Assembly: GCA_048938025.1 (NCBI GenBank)
Contig: JBHLMP010000007.1
Span: 19,881 to 83,880, forward strand
DNA from: Promethearchaeota archaeon
GTDB taxonomy: Archaea; Asgardarchaeota; Lokiarchaeia; Sigyniarchaeales; SOKP01
Length of the DNA stretch: 64,000 bases
Direction of reading: 5' to 3'
Shown here: positions 39,236-48,555 of the stretch, one piece after another
How the letters are laid out: each line of letters begins with the position of its first letter
Position numbering within the stretch: the first letter of the stretch is position 1
Made by a program: the position numbers and the translations under genes
The notes under the pieces: generated by a model
Databases searched by the model: none
Seen by the model: only the letters and a program-made list of their open reading frames with translations
What the model was told of the DNA's origin: nothing

Positions 39236-40396
39236 ATGAATCTTGAAAATTTAAAAAAGTTATTGAATATCTCTGATAGAAAAACATTATATGATGAAAT
39301 CTTAAAAAATTTGCAGAGTTTTAATAATTTAGAACATGTTCAATATAATGAATATGAAATTTCTGATGGTATAATCCCAGTTTTAACAATCACTAAAAAT
39401 TTAGATATGAATCAGATTAAAAATGTAAAATTATTCATAGGGGCACAGCATAACGAGTATAATGGTCTGTTTGGGATATTAGAATTTTTTAAAATTCTTC
39501 AAGAAGGAGAAATTAAAACTAGTGATGTTTTACAAAATAAACAAATATTGATTTTCATGCCTTTAATGAATCCATATGGGTTTCTAAACCCTCAAAAAAG
39601 TAATAAATCTGGATATTATCTAAAAAACGGGGAAAATCTTAATAGATTCTGGCGAAGAGCTTTTGTACCCGAATTTAAGAATGAAACGGAGGATTTAGAT
39701 GAATATCATCATCCTGAACAAATAAAAATTGTTAAAGATTTACTTGATAATTTTTGGAAAAACGAGACAATACCAATATATATATTAGATTTTCATGAAA
39801 CTTCCTTAATTGAGAGATTTCCAATTGAATTAAATAAAAATCTTTCACCATATTATAAATTTGATCACTGGCTCAAGGAAGTAATTATATTTAATATTAT
39901 TAAACTGTATAATATACACTATTCTAGAAAACCTTTATTTTTTAAATGTAATCCTTCAGCTGATCATACTCATATAAATTTAACCTATAAACAAATAGAA
40001 ACCGTATCTGAGGCATTGCAAGAATATATGTCTGAAAATTTTGGACTAGGTAAGTTACCTTTTTACTTCTGTTATAACAGTAAAAGTAAAGGTTATTGCA
40101 GAAGATTGGCTAATATTGTTTATAATAAACTAAAAAGTAAATTATGGGAAACCTATTTTCCTGCTCTTAATCACTGTTTCATAAATCATGGTTGCTTTAT
40201 AAACATGAGCGATGCTACAACCAGAGAAAAAGTTATTTCTATGGAGTTGGAATCTCAAAAACAATTCTTTAACATTTTTGATGAGATTGAAAAATCAAAA
40301 TCAGAGTCAAATTATTTTGAAAAAAAATTGGATTTAATCAATTTGAGTATAGAATTAACTCTAGAAACCATAAAAGAAATGATAAATTTAATTTAA
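39236..40396 (+). CDS. M14-type zinc carboxypeptidase / AstE-AspA-like deacylase
   Basis: GAQHNE, MPLMNPYG, NLNR, LDFHE, late SMELE. Confidence 0.82.
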   Translation: MNLENLKKLLNISDRKTLYDEILKNLQSFNNLEHVQYNEYEISDGIIPVLTITKNLDMNQIKNVKLFIGAQHNEYNGLFGILEFFKILQEGEIKTSDVLQNKQILIFMPLMNPYGFLNPQKSNKSGYYLKNGENLNRFWRRAFVPEFKNETEDLDEYHHPEQIKIVKDLLDNFWKNETIPIYILDFHETSLIERFPIELNKNLSPYYKFDHWLKEVIIFNIIKLYNIHYSRKPLFFKCNPSADHTHINLTYKQIETVSEALQEYMSENFGLGKLPFYFCYNSKSKGYCRRLANIVYNKLKSKLWETYFPALNHCFINHGCFINMSDATTREKVISMELESQKQFFNIFDEIEKSKSESNYFEKKLDLINLSIELTLETIKEMINLI

Positions 40397-40427
40397 AACT
40401 TCTGTAAATTATATTAATTTCATTCTT

Positions 40428-40610
40428 TTAATTAATTGGAGCTATTAGTTTTTGTTTAGAGTGTTTTTTTCCATTTAGACAATCAATATGGTAATATATA
40501 GTCTCTTCCCCATAAAACTTTCCATTTATAGTATTTCCTAAGGTAAAATGAAAGACTTCTTTTAAATTTTTAATTCCAATTTTCACTCCGCAAATCTTAC
40601 AATTGGCCAT
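40428..40610 (-). CDS. Stand-alone CxxC...HxxC zinc finger protein (PARP-type-like)
   Basis: CKICGVKI...YYHIDC. Confidence 0.65.
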   Translation of the reverse strand: MANCKICGVKIGIKNLKEVFHFTLGNTINGKFYGEETIYYHIDCLNGKKHSKQKLIAPIN

Positions 40611-40695
40611 TTTGTTACTTATTTAATTCCTTTTGATATTAGTTTAAAGTGAATTATTTAAACTAAACAGATAAAAGAATTAAACAACAAATTAT

Positions 40696-41712
40696 CTATG
40701 ATTCAAAAAAATTCAATGTTGCTCCAACTAAGGCTAACTCATTCTTTTTCTGAGTATGACCCCCTTTCCTTAAAATTAATTGATGGTTTTCTTGGGTTTC
40801 TAATAACAATTTATTTTGAGTAAAATTTTTCAATTTAATTATTCTATCATTTCTTGTATGAATTAACATGACTTTTTGAGAAAAATTTCTCCATTCTTCA
40901 GTTGAAAGTTTATTTTTTACAGCCTCTATAACCAAATATGGAGATAATTTTACGTCTTCATTTTTTTTAGGAAATAATTTGACTCCTTTAATAAGATAGC
41001 TGAAAATCACTAAAGGATTGTGTTTTGGGATGTTTTGCTTATAGTATGACATTGAAGATATCGCAACAATTTTCTTGATTTTTTGATTAGGAAACCCTCC
41101 ACATAATACAGTTATAGCTCCAATGCTAAATCCAACACAGTATATTTTCATTTGGGCAAATTTCTTATTTGATTGTATCCAATCAACAATTTTTTCAAAA
41201 TCGTTAATTCTTCTCAAAAATTGGCTTCTTTTTCCCGCTTTTTTAGATTCTCCAATCCCTCTTGCATCATAAGCAAGAATAATATAACCATTGTAAGCTA
41301 AAGGAAAATAGTAGTATTGGAGTGTTATTTTTGTATCAGAAAAACCGTGAGAAATAATTATAATAGTATTTTTTGATTTAATTGCTTCTCGGTTTTTCGG
41401 AATGATTAAATCAGCTGATAGAAATCTGTTCTTTTTCTTACTTTTGTTATTAATTTCAATTCTTACTTCCGAAATCTCAAGATCATTCAGGTAAAGTGGC
41501 GCCCATCTTTTAAACCATATATCTCTAAAGCTAAAATAGATCTCAAATGGAGTAAATATAATTAGAAATGTTGTTGTTGATAAATTAAGACATGTTTGAA
41601 ATGTATTGCCAAAGATATTATCGTTAACATGCCAGATATAGGCACTAACTATGAAAGATACAATTATTACTATTATACGTTTTTGATTCTTGGATAGTAT
41701 AGTCTTCACCAC
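40696..41712 (-). CDS. Membrane-anchored alpha/beta hydrolase
   Basis: Two N-terminal hydrophobic helices, HGF, YDARGIGES, GFSIG, D..I, GGH. Confidence 0.85.
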   Translation of the reverse strand: MVKTILSKNQKRIIVIIVSFIVSAYIWHVNDNIFGNTFQTCLNLSTTTFLIIFTPFEIYFSFRDIWFKRWAPLYLNDLEISEVRIEINNKSKKKNRFLSADLIIPKNREAIKSKNTIIIISHGFSDTKITLQYYYFPLAYNGYIILAYDARGIGESKKAGKRSQFLRRINDFEKIVDWIQSNKKFAQMKIYCVGFSIGAITVLCGGFPNQKIKKIVAISSMSYYKQNIPKHNPLVIFSYLIKGVKLFPKKNEDVKLSPYLVIEAVKNKLSTEEWRNFSQKVMLIHTRNDRIIKLKNFTQNKLLLETQENHQLILRKGGHTQKKNELALVGATLNFFES

Positions 41713-41821
41713 CTAAAAAATGCAACAAGAGTTACTAAGATTGAATAAAAAAAAAAATGAAATAAAGATATTGAATAAAATAAATTTTCGGCTAAAAAAT
41801 GCCTATAGTTTTCGAGATCTT

Positions 41822-42142
41822 TTATTTTTTAGCTTTGTCTGGAGGACATCCAAAATCATCCCTGATTTTACACTCGTGTTTACTTGAACTACCTGGACAA
41901 GGTTCACATTTAACTTTTCGTAATATTTTTTCTACTTCCTCTATTTCTTGTCCAAATCCTTCTTCCTCGGTCTCATCAGCTAACATTTCATCTTCAATAT
42001 GGTTAAGATCATACTCAAGATCCTCTTCTAAATCATCTTTCTCAGAATACAAGTCTATAATTTCATCTCCTTCATCATCTACTTTTCCCTCAGGAATTTC
42101 ATCAATCTCAGATTCTACAGGTGTAATTTTTTTCTTTGCCAT
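41822..42142 (-). CDS. Highly acidic protein with a C-terminal four-cysteine motif
   Basis: D/E-rich stretch followed by CEPCP..C..C; start taken at MAKKK. Confidence 0.75.
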   Translation of the reverse strand: MAKKKITPVESEIDEIPEGKVDDEGDEIIDLYSEKDDLEEDLEYDLNHIEDEMLADETEEEGFGQEIEEVEKILRKVKCEPCPGSSSKHECKIRDDFGCPPDKAKK

Positions 42143-42254
42143 TTTACACACAAATTATTTTATATGAATTTTAACTTTTCATTATTTTAACTATATAATA
42201 CTTGTTAAAATTTAATTTTATTATATTTTTAATTAAATAATATGCTAAATAATC

Positions 42255-44384
42255 TCAAACTGAAAAAGATCTTTTTATCCTTTCTAAAGATAAATTTTTA
42301 TAAGAAACCTTTTCCATCTGATTTAATATTTTATCATTTTGATTCAATTCCTTATAGAAATTATTTATTGCGGAGAATATAGAATTTAACTCATTATTCT
42401 GGTAAGTTTTAAAGTTATGTAAATTAAATCGCGGTAAAATATATTTGAATTGAATATTTGGAATATGATCCTTACTATAAAGTAACTCATTTAATAAGTT
42501 GAACCGGATATTAGATTTTGAGTAGATCTCTTTAAAGTATAATATATTAACTAAAATGTTGGTTAATTTTTTATAAAATTTTAAATTTGTATTAATTTCT
42601 GGGGAAAATTTATCTTTAAATTGATTTAATTCTGAATTTTTGAATATTTTTAATTCAATAGAATTTAAATCATATTGTAATTGGGAAAGAATTTGATTAA
42701 TCTTCCCTAAATAAGATAATGATAAAGGAATTTCTTTGGGTAAAGGTAATCTCCTAATAAAACTCCCGTTAAATCTTAAATATCCACCTGACATGTGTAG
42801 AGAACTAAATAAAGATTTGAAAGATAAATTTATTGTATTTGAATTCATAATTGCTAGTAAACTGAATAACTGATCAGTTGAAAAAGAAGGGATAGATAAA
42901 GAATACAATCCTGTAATATTTGTATATAAACCGGGATCATAAACCCAAGTGAGATCTTTAGCAATTTCTCTAAAGATTAATTTTTCAGTTATGAGAATGT
43001 TCCAGATATTTTCAAAACGGGGAATAAATTTGAAGTATGAGATTTTTAAATCTTTTTTGGCAATTCTGATATGTTTATCAAACTTAATGTGATATTTTCC
43101 TACATTTCCAGTTCCAATTAATAAGAGATCATTGTCTGTTTCTTTCATTTCACAAGTATTATCAAAATATTTGGAATAATTTAAAAATCCAAATGGCCTA
43201 TACATAATTTTTAAATCATCAATCACTATAGCCATTGGTTTAAAATTATCATATAGATAATTTAATAAATTTATTTTACCGAATATTGGAATTGCTTTAG
43301 CAGGAAGGCTTTTTATTGAAAATTGAGGCAAAATTTTTGAATCACTGAGATTATTTTTATGCATATCCAGCAAACTGTCGAATTTTTTAATTAAAACTGA
43401 ATTATCATTACTAGGCTTCTTTTTTAGAAAAGAAATTATGATTGGATACGCCGATATCTTTTTGAAGATAGGTAATGAAGAAATATTGACTATTTCCTTA
43501 AGTGTAGTATTATTTACGAGTATTTCTCTAATTTTAATTCCATAATCGGCTGATAAGAATTTGTTTGTAGTCAAAAAAGAAAGGCAACCTACATTTTGTT
43601 TTAATAATTCTAAAGATTTCTCTATAAAAACTATAGAAATATCAAATAATCGATAAGCTGATTTGAATTTCTTAATTAATTTCCTCTTATAATTACTATT
43701 TTTTACTTTTTTATTTTCAATATAGGGTGGGTTTCCAATAATTATATCAAATTGATTTGAATTATATTCAAAAAGAAAATCTAAATTATAGATATTTAAT
43801 TTGAGATTAAAGCCATCAATAATTTTATCTAAATTCTCATACTTTAAATTTTCAATATTTATTTTATTAGAAGTGAAATTGGTTATATTCTTAGAAAAAA
43901 GCCATAAAACTAAGCTCAATTTTGAGATAGTATAAGCAGATTTTTCAATTTCGATTCCAAAAAGATGTTTCTCAATTATTTCTCTTCTTAAATCAAAATT
44001 TTTCTTTTCTGGATTAAGAATTTTATAAATATCATACAGTTTGTCTGCAGCAGAAACTAGAAATCTTCCAGAACCACATGCAGGATCCAAAATTTTTATG
44101 TTTTTAATTCTCTCTCTTAATTCTTTCTTTAAATTTTGATTTTTATTTAAAATATAATTCAAAGATTCAAGATTAAATCCATTTTGGATTAAATTTTTAG
44201 TATTTATCGATTCTTCAAAAAATATTCTTAGAACATTAGATACAATATAATCAACAACTTGGTTTGGTGTGTAAATTATTCCAAGATTCCGATTAACCTC
44301 TTTTCCAAAAATTTTATTATGTTCAAATGATTGAATTAGTCTTCCTGCAAATGATAAAAATTTTTGAATTGGCTGTTTTTGCAT
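42255..44384 (-). CDS. N6-adenine DNA methyltransferase (TaqI/Eco57I-like, gamma class), apparently orphan
   Basis: YTP, ILDPACGSGRFL, IIGNPPY, C-terminal TRD-like region. Confidence 0.88.
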   Translation of the reverse strand: MQKQPIQKFLSFAGRLIQSFEHNKIFGKEVNRNLGIIYTPNQVVDYIVSNVLRIFFEESINTKNLIQNGFNLESLNYILNKNQNLKKELRERIKNIKILDPACGSGRFLVSAADKLYDIYKILNPEKKNFDLRREIIEKHLFGIEIEKSAYTISKLSLVLWLFSKNITNFTSNKINIENLKYENLDKIIDGFNLKLNIYNLDFLFEYNSNQFDIIIGNPPYIENKKVKNSNYKRKLIKKFKSAYRLFDISIVFIEKSLELLKQNVGCLSFLTTNKFLSADYGIKIREILVNNTTLKEIVNISSLPIFKKISAYPIIISFLKKKPSNDNSVLIKKFDSLLDMHKNNLSDSKILPQFSIKSLPAKAIPIFGKINLLNYLYDNFKPMAIVIDDLKIMYRPFGFLNYSKYFDNTCEMKETDNDLLLIGTGNVGKYHIKFDKHIRIAKKDLKISYFKFIPRFENIWNILITEKLIFREIAKDLTWVYDPGLYTNITGLYSLSIPSFSTDQLFSLLAIMNSNTINLSFKSLFSSLHMSGGYLRFNGSFIRRLPLPKEIPLSLSYLGKINQILSQLQYDLNSIELKIFKNSELNQFKDKFSPEINTNLKFYKKLTNILVNILYFKEIYSKSNIRFNLLNELLYSKDHIPNIQFKYILPRFNLHNFKTYQNNELNSIFSAINNFYKELNQNDKILNQMEKVSYKNLSLERIKRSFSV

Positions 44385-44510
44385 TGAATTTTTAATCCTA
44401 TTTATATAATTATTAATTCTGTTTATGTTTATTTTTATTTTAAATTCCCTTATTTATAAAAATATTAGGAACTTTAATAAAAATAAGAAAGTTAAGAATT
44501 TTTTTAAAAA

Positions 44511-45413
44511 TTGATTGACAATAATTTTTTACAAAGTTTAATAGAAAAGCCTCAAAAAATTTCTAATTTAAAATTTGAGGATATTTCAAAAATTTTAAAG
44601 GAAGCAAAAGACATTTTTATAGAAGAAAGTCTATTATTAGAATTTCAATTTCTTGATAACAATGAAGAAGTTTATGTTATTGGAGATATCCATGGTAATT
44701 TACATAGTTTATTAAATATAATCGAGATTATTAAAAAAAATAAGCCAAAAATTATCATTTTTTTAGGAGATATAGTAGATCGTGGAATAAGACAATTAGA
44801 ATGTCTAATAATTATTTTAGCATTGAAAATCCTTAACCCTAATCGAGTTTTTCTTTTAAAAGGGAATCATGAAACCTTGGAAATGAATCAATATTATGGT
44901 TTTTTTCAAGAATTTGTGCAAAAATTTAATGATCAAGAAAAATTTAAAGAGATCTTAGAAGTTTATTATGTTCTTCCTTTTTGTGCCATAATTAACGGCA
45001 TAACTTTATGCTTACATGGTGGGATTCCTGAAGATATAGAAATCTTAAAAAAATTAAAAGGTTTAAAACATGGAAAAATTAATTCAGTATTTAAATCAGT
45101 TGTAGAAGGTTTATATCAGATTATATGGAATGATCCTAAAGAAAGACTCAAAGGATTCACTGAAAGTTTCAGAGGTCCGGGTATTAAATTTTTTGGGGAA
45201 GATGTGTTTAATAATTTTTTGACATCAAATAATCTTAAATATCTTATTAGAGCACATGAATGTTTTCCAGAAGGATATAGATGGTTTTTTAATAATCGCT
45301 TACTATCTATATTTTCTTCAGCAAATTATAGAGGATTTTATTCACCAAATCCTGCCTCATATGCTATAGTTAGAAATGATAAGATATTCCCAATTAATAT
45401 TGAGGTATCATAA
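44511..45413 (+). CDS. PPP-family Ser/Thr protein phosphatase
   Basis: GDIHG, GDIVDRG, GNHE, HGG, WNDP, RAHE, IFSSANY. Confidence 0.94.
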   Translation: MIDNNFLQSLIEKPQKISNLKFEDISKILKEAKDIFIEESLLLEFQFLDNNEEVYVIGDIHGNLHSLLNIIEIIKKNKPKIIIFLGDIVDRGIRQLECLIIILALKILNPNRVFLLKGNHETLEMNQYYGFFQEFVQKFNDQEKFKEILEVYYVLPFCAIINGITLCLHGGIPEDIEILKKLKGLKHGKINSVFKSVVEGLYQIIWNDPKERLKGFTESFRGPGIKFFGEDVFNNFLTSNNLKYLIRAHECFPEGYRWFFNNRLLSIFSSANYRGFYSPNPASYAIVRNDKIFPINIEVS

Positions 45414-45465
45414 GGTTAATTAAGAAGATATCTTATTCAATTATTGAAATGAGATTTATTCTAGT

Positions 45466-45726
45466 TTAAGTAATTTGAGAAGCATCAGGTTTAATAAAGA
45501 GAAGATTATTACCACGAATAAATATCTCATTATATTTAGCCACAGGTGATCCGTCCATAATTTCTGTGCAATTTTCTAAGATTAAGTTCATATAAGCATC
45601 AATTTCTTTTAATAATCCCTTATATTCTGTCCCATCCTTCAATCTTAATATAATCACACTATTCTGTGCATTCTGAAGTATGGTTAAAGGACTTTTAGAT
45701 TTTTGTTGGTTGTTATTTCTTGACAT
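45466..45726 (-). CDS. Sm/Lsm RNA-binding protein
   Basis: Sm1 Y.G.L...DAYMNL.L and Sm2 FIRGNN. Confidence 0.93.
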   Translation of the reverse strand: MSRNNNQQKSKSPLTILQNAQNSVIILRLKDGTEYKGLLKEIDAYMNLILENCTEIMDGSPVAKYNEIFIRGNNLLFIKPDASQIT

Positions 45727-45858
45727 TCTTTTAGTACCTTAATTAAAAAATATGATTTAATATTTGAAAAGATAATTTAAAGATAAATTTTTTTGAATTA
45801 AAACCTTTTTATTGGTTATTGAGTATTGGTAGATTAAAACTTTTTTTGGTTATTTTTT

Positions 45859-46458
45859 TTGAAAAATTTGAATAAGACCATTGGTAAAAAAAAGAAGATT
45901 ATAAGTAATTATAATAAAACAGCATCTTTTTACGACAATCGATATAGAGAAATTCAAGAACAAAAATATAAAATTATTTTAAAAAATTATCAATTCAAGT
46001 CCAAACTAATTTTAGATGCTGGATGTGGTACTGGACTCTTCATTGAATTTATAATCGCGCTAACAAATCAAAAAGATTTCATTCCTTTTATTTACGTTGG
46101 TACTGATATCTCTTTAAATATGTTAGATAAATTCAGATTTAAACTTCAAAAGTTAAAATTGAAATATGAATTTAATTTGATCTTATCAGATATAGAGAAC
46201 TTACCTTTTAGAGAAAATGTTTTTCAATGTATATTCTCTCTTACATCTTTTCAGAATCTGCCTAATATTGATGAAGGAGTTAGAAATCTGTATAGAGTAG
46301 GAAGAGATAAGGCAGATTTAAATCTTTCAATCTTAAAGAAGAATTGTAATTTGATAGAATTAATGAAATCGTTAAAACCATTGGTAAAGAATCTTAAGAC
46401 AAATAATAAGGAAAATTTAGAGGATATTATTATTCACGGGAAAATTTTAAAAAGATAA
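45859..46458 (+). CDS. Class I SAM-dependent methyltransferase
   Basis: Y...A..YD.RY, ILDAGCGTG, DIS..ML, D.ENLPF. Confidence 0.88.
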   Translation: MKNLNKTIGKKKKIISNYNKTASFYDNRYREIQEQKYKIILKNYQFKSKLILDAGCGTGLFIEFIIALTNQKDFIPFIYVGTDISLNMLDKFRFKLQKLKLKYEFNLILSDIENLPFRENVFQCIFSLTSFQNLPNIDEGVRNLYRVGRDKADLNLSILKKNCNLIELMKSLKPLVKNLKTNNKENLEDIIIHGKILKR

Positions 46459-46468
46459 TATAAAGAAT

Positions 46469-47347
46469 CTAATTTTTATAAAAAGATGTAATTATCTTAT
46501 TTACATCACTTTCAACCTTATATTTCTTTTGAAAGTAATTACATATGTTTCTAATATCCCTTTCCAAAACTGAGGCTGCATTTGGATGATCACTAAGAAT
46601 CCACTGTAACCAATCTATGATTAGGATATTTCCTTCCTCATCTAATACAATATTAAATTCTCCTAAATCTCCATGGATCAAATTAGCTTTTTTATAAATT
46701 ATTTCCATTTGTTTTATGATTTCATAAAAAATTTTTTCAGGGTTTTTAATACTTTTATAATAAACTAACTCTTTACCCCTTAAATAAGACATCACAACAA
46801 TATGTCTATTATATCCTATTGGTTTAGGAGTATTTAAATTAAGCTTATGTATCATTTTTAAAGCTTCAAATTCTTTTTTAGCAGCAAGTCTATTTATATA
46901 TAACCAAGAAAGATGGCTTCTTTCACCTATTAGATCCCTAAAACGCTTAATACTTTTAAAACTCGTTCTACCCATTCGATATATTTTTAATGCATATATA
47001 TTTGCATTATCATCCATACAACTGTATACGTCTGATTCTTTTCCTTTTCCTATAAGAGGTCCTAATTGACTAATAATATTTTTTTCTACTAAAGTATGTA
47101 GAGCTAATAGATCATAAGATATTGAATTGAGTGTATATCCTATTTCATATTTTGAGGAATCTCTGATAATTAAATCAAGTTTATGAACTTTATTCAAGCG
47201 AAATAGCGTCTCTTCCAACTTATATCTGGAATAAAATCTAATATTGTTAATAGTTACATATTCAGATCTTTTCATCCCAATTTCAATTGCCATTAATATT
47301 CTTAAATCCTCTTTTTCAAGGTCAGGGAGAAGTTTTGCTGCTTCCAC
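46469..47347 (-). CDS. rio2: RIO2 atypical kinase
   Basis: N-terminal wHTH (D.RIL.AIE.GM...EYV), GKGKESDVY, GRTSF, IHGDL.EFN, IIDW.Q. Confidence 0.93.
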   Translation of the reverse strand: MEAAKLLPDLEKEDLRILMAIEIGMKRSEYVTINNIRFYSRYKLEETLFRLNKVHKLDLIIRDSSKYEIGYTLNSISYDLLALHTLVEKNIISQLGPLIGKGKESDVYSCMDDNANIYALKIYRMGRTSFKSIKRFRDLIGERSHLSWLYINRLAAKKEFEALKMIHKLNLNTPKPIGYNRHIVVMSYLRGKELVYYKSIKNPEKIFYEIIKQMEIIYKKANLIHGDLGEFNIVLDEEGNILIIDWLQWILSDHPNAASVLERDIRNICNYFQKKYKVESDVNKIITSFYKN

Positions 47348-47501
47348 ATACTAAATTTCTTTTTTTAATTTAAAAGATTTATTAATTTGCAGTAATAAAT
47401 TGCTTATCTTCTATATTTTGTAATGATTAAATGATTTTTTATACAAAAAAATGGATTTAGAAAAATATAAAAAAAAAGACAAAATAGTAATAATTTTTTA
47501 C

Positions 47502-47570
47502 CAGATTCCTCATATTCAATTATTTAATAAAAATTCTCCATGTAAAAGTCAATCTTAAGGAGTGAATCTG
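47502..47570. ncRNA. Candidate structured element related to 1420-1487
   Basis: CAGATTC/GAATCTG closing stem; CTCC/GGAG inner stem whose loop contains AAAAGTCAATCTT. Confidence 0.3.
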
Positions 47571-47665
47571 CCATAGCTAAAACAGATCGATATAACAATA
47601 AAAAGATTAAAAAAATTAGAAATAAATTAAGAAAATATTGGAGTTGGAGTTATTTCACATTTATT

Positions 47666-48448
47666 CTAAAATATGAATTTTCCATAAGTCTTTAGAAAAG
47701 TTATGAATTTATATAAATTTGGTATTTCAAACAAGAAAATTGCGGTTAAGTTTGAAATTAAAAATATTAAAGCATCTTTTATTCGTATTAAATAATTAGT
47801 TAAGGTGGATCCTTCTTGAAATTTAAATAAGAATATCCCTTGATTTAAAAATAATAATATTCCTATACAAATGATAAAGCTAGAAATGTTAAAAACTATA
47901 ACTTGATGTTCTTGTTCAAAAATTCCAATTGTTACATTGATGCCTAGGATTATTAAGGTAATGATTACAATAGTTCTAGAGAAAATTATCATATAATCAT
48001 ATATACTTGCGCTTACTATACAAATATTACCTGAAATATGCCAAAATAGGGAAGAATATAAATTTAATATTAAAAAAATAGGTAAAATAACTGAGATCAT
48101 AGAAAAAGTGAAAAATAATTTTATGGTTATTAATCTACTAAAAAGTAGTTTACCTTTCTCTTCTCCTTTTCTTACAGATTCCAACATTGTACTAATTTTA
48201 ATTTGGATTTCTTCTGGAATTTCCTTTTTAAGCACTTTTAATTGAAAAGTTGAATCGGGATAATTTGAGATCAAATTTTCAACCGAATTATAACCATTCT
48301 TGAATTTTCGTTTAGAACCCTTTGGACCCTTCCATATATAGATAATCTTGTTTTCATCATCTAAAAATGCGCAAATATCGTGTAATAATAAATTTGTTTC
48401 TTCAATCCATGCATATTTATCTTCATAAAACACATAGCTTCTAAGCAT
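47666..48448 (-). CDS. Gelsolin-like domain fused to four transmembrane helices
   Basis: LLLHDICAFLDDENKIIYIWKGPKGSKRKF in residues 20-50; four hydrophobic segments from about residue 109. Confidence 0.7.
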   Translation of the reverse strand: MLRSYVFYEDKYAWIEETNLLLHDICAFLDDENKIIYIWKGPKGSKRKFKNGYNSVENLISNYPDSTFQLKVLKKEIPEEIQIKISTMLESVRKGEEKGKLLFSRLITIKLFFTFSMISVILPIFLILNLYSSLFWHISGNICIVSASIYDYMIIFSRTIVIITLIILGINVTIGIFEQEHQVIVFNISSFIICIGILLFLNQGIFLFKFQEGSTLTNYLIRIKDALIFLISNLTAIFLFEIPNLYKFITFLKTYGKFIF

Positions 48449-48555
48449 AATCTGTCATTTAATCTTAAATATCATTGATTTTTATTTTTTCCTACATTTT
48501 TTAGAAAAGAGATAAATTTATTTAAAAGTATGAAAAAAACTTATTGCTTTTAATT

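Noticed and set aside
47451-47558. 35-aa ORF MDLEKYKKKDK...
   Set aside because: Built largely from A-runs, and not in the same frame as the small ORF over the related element at 1404.
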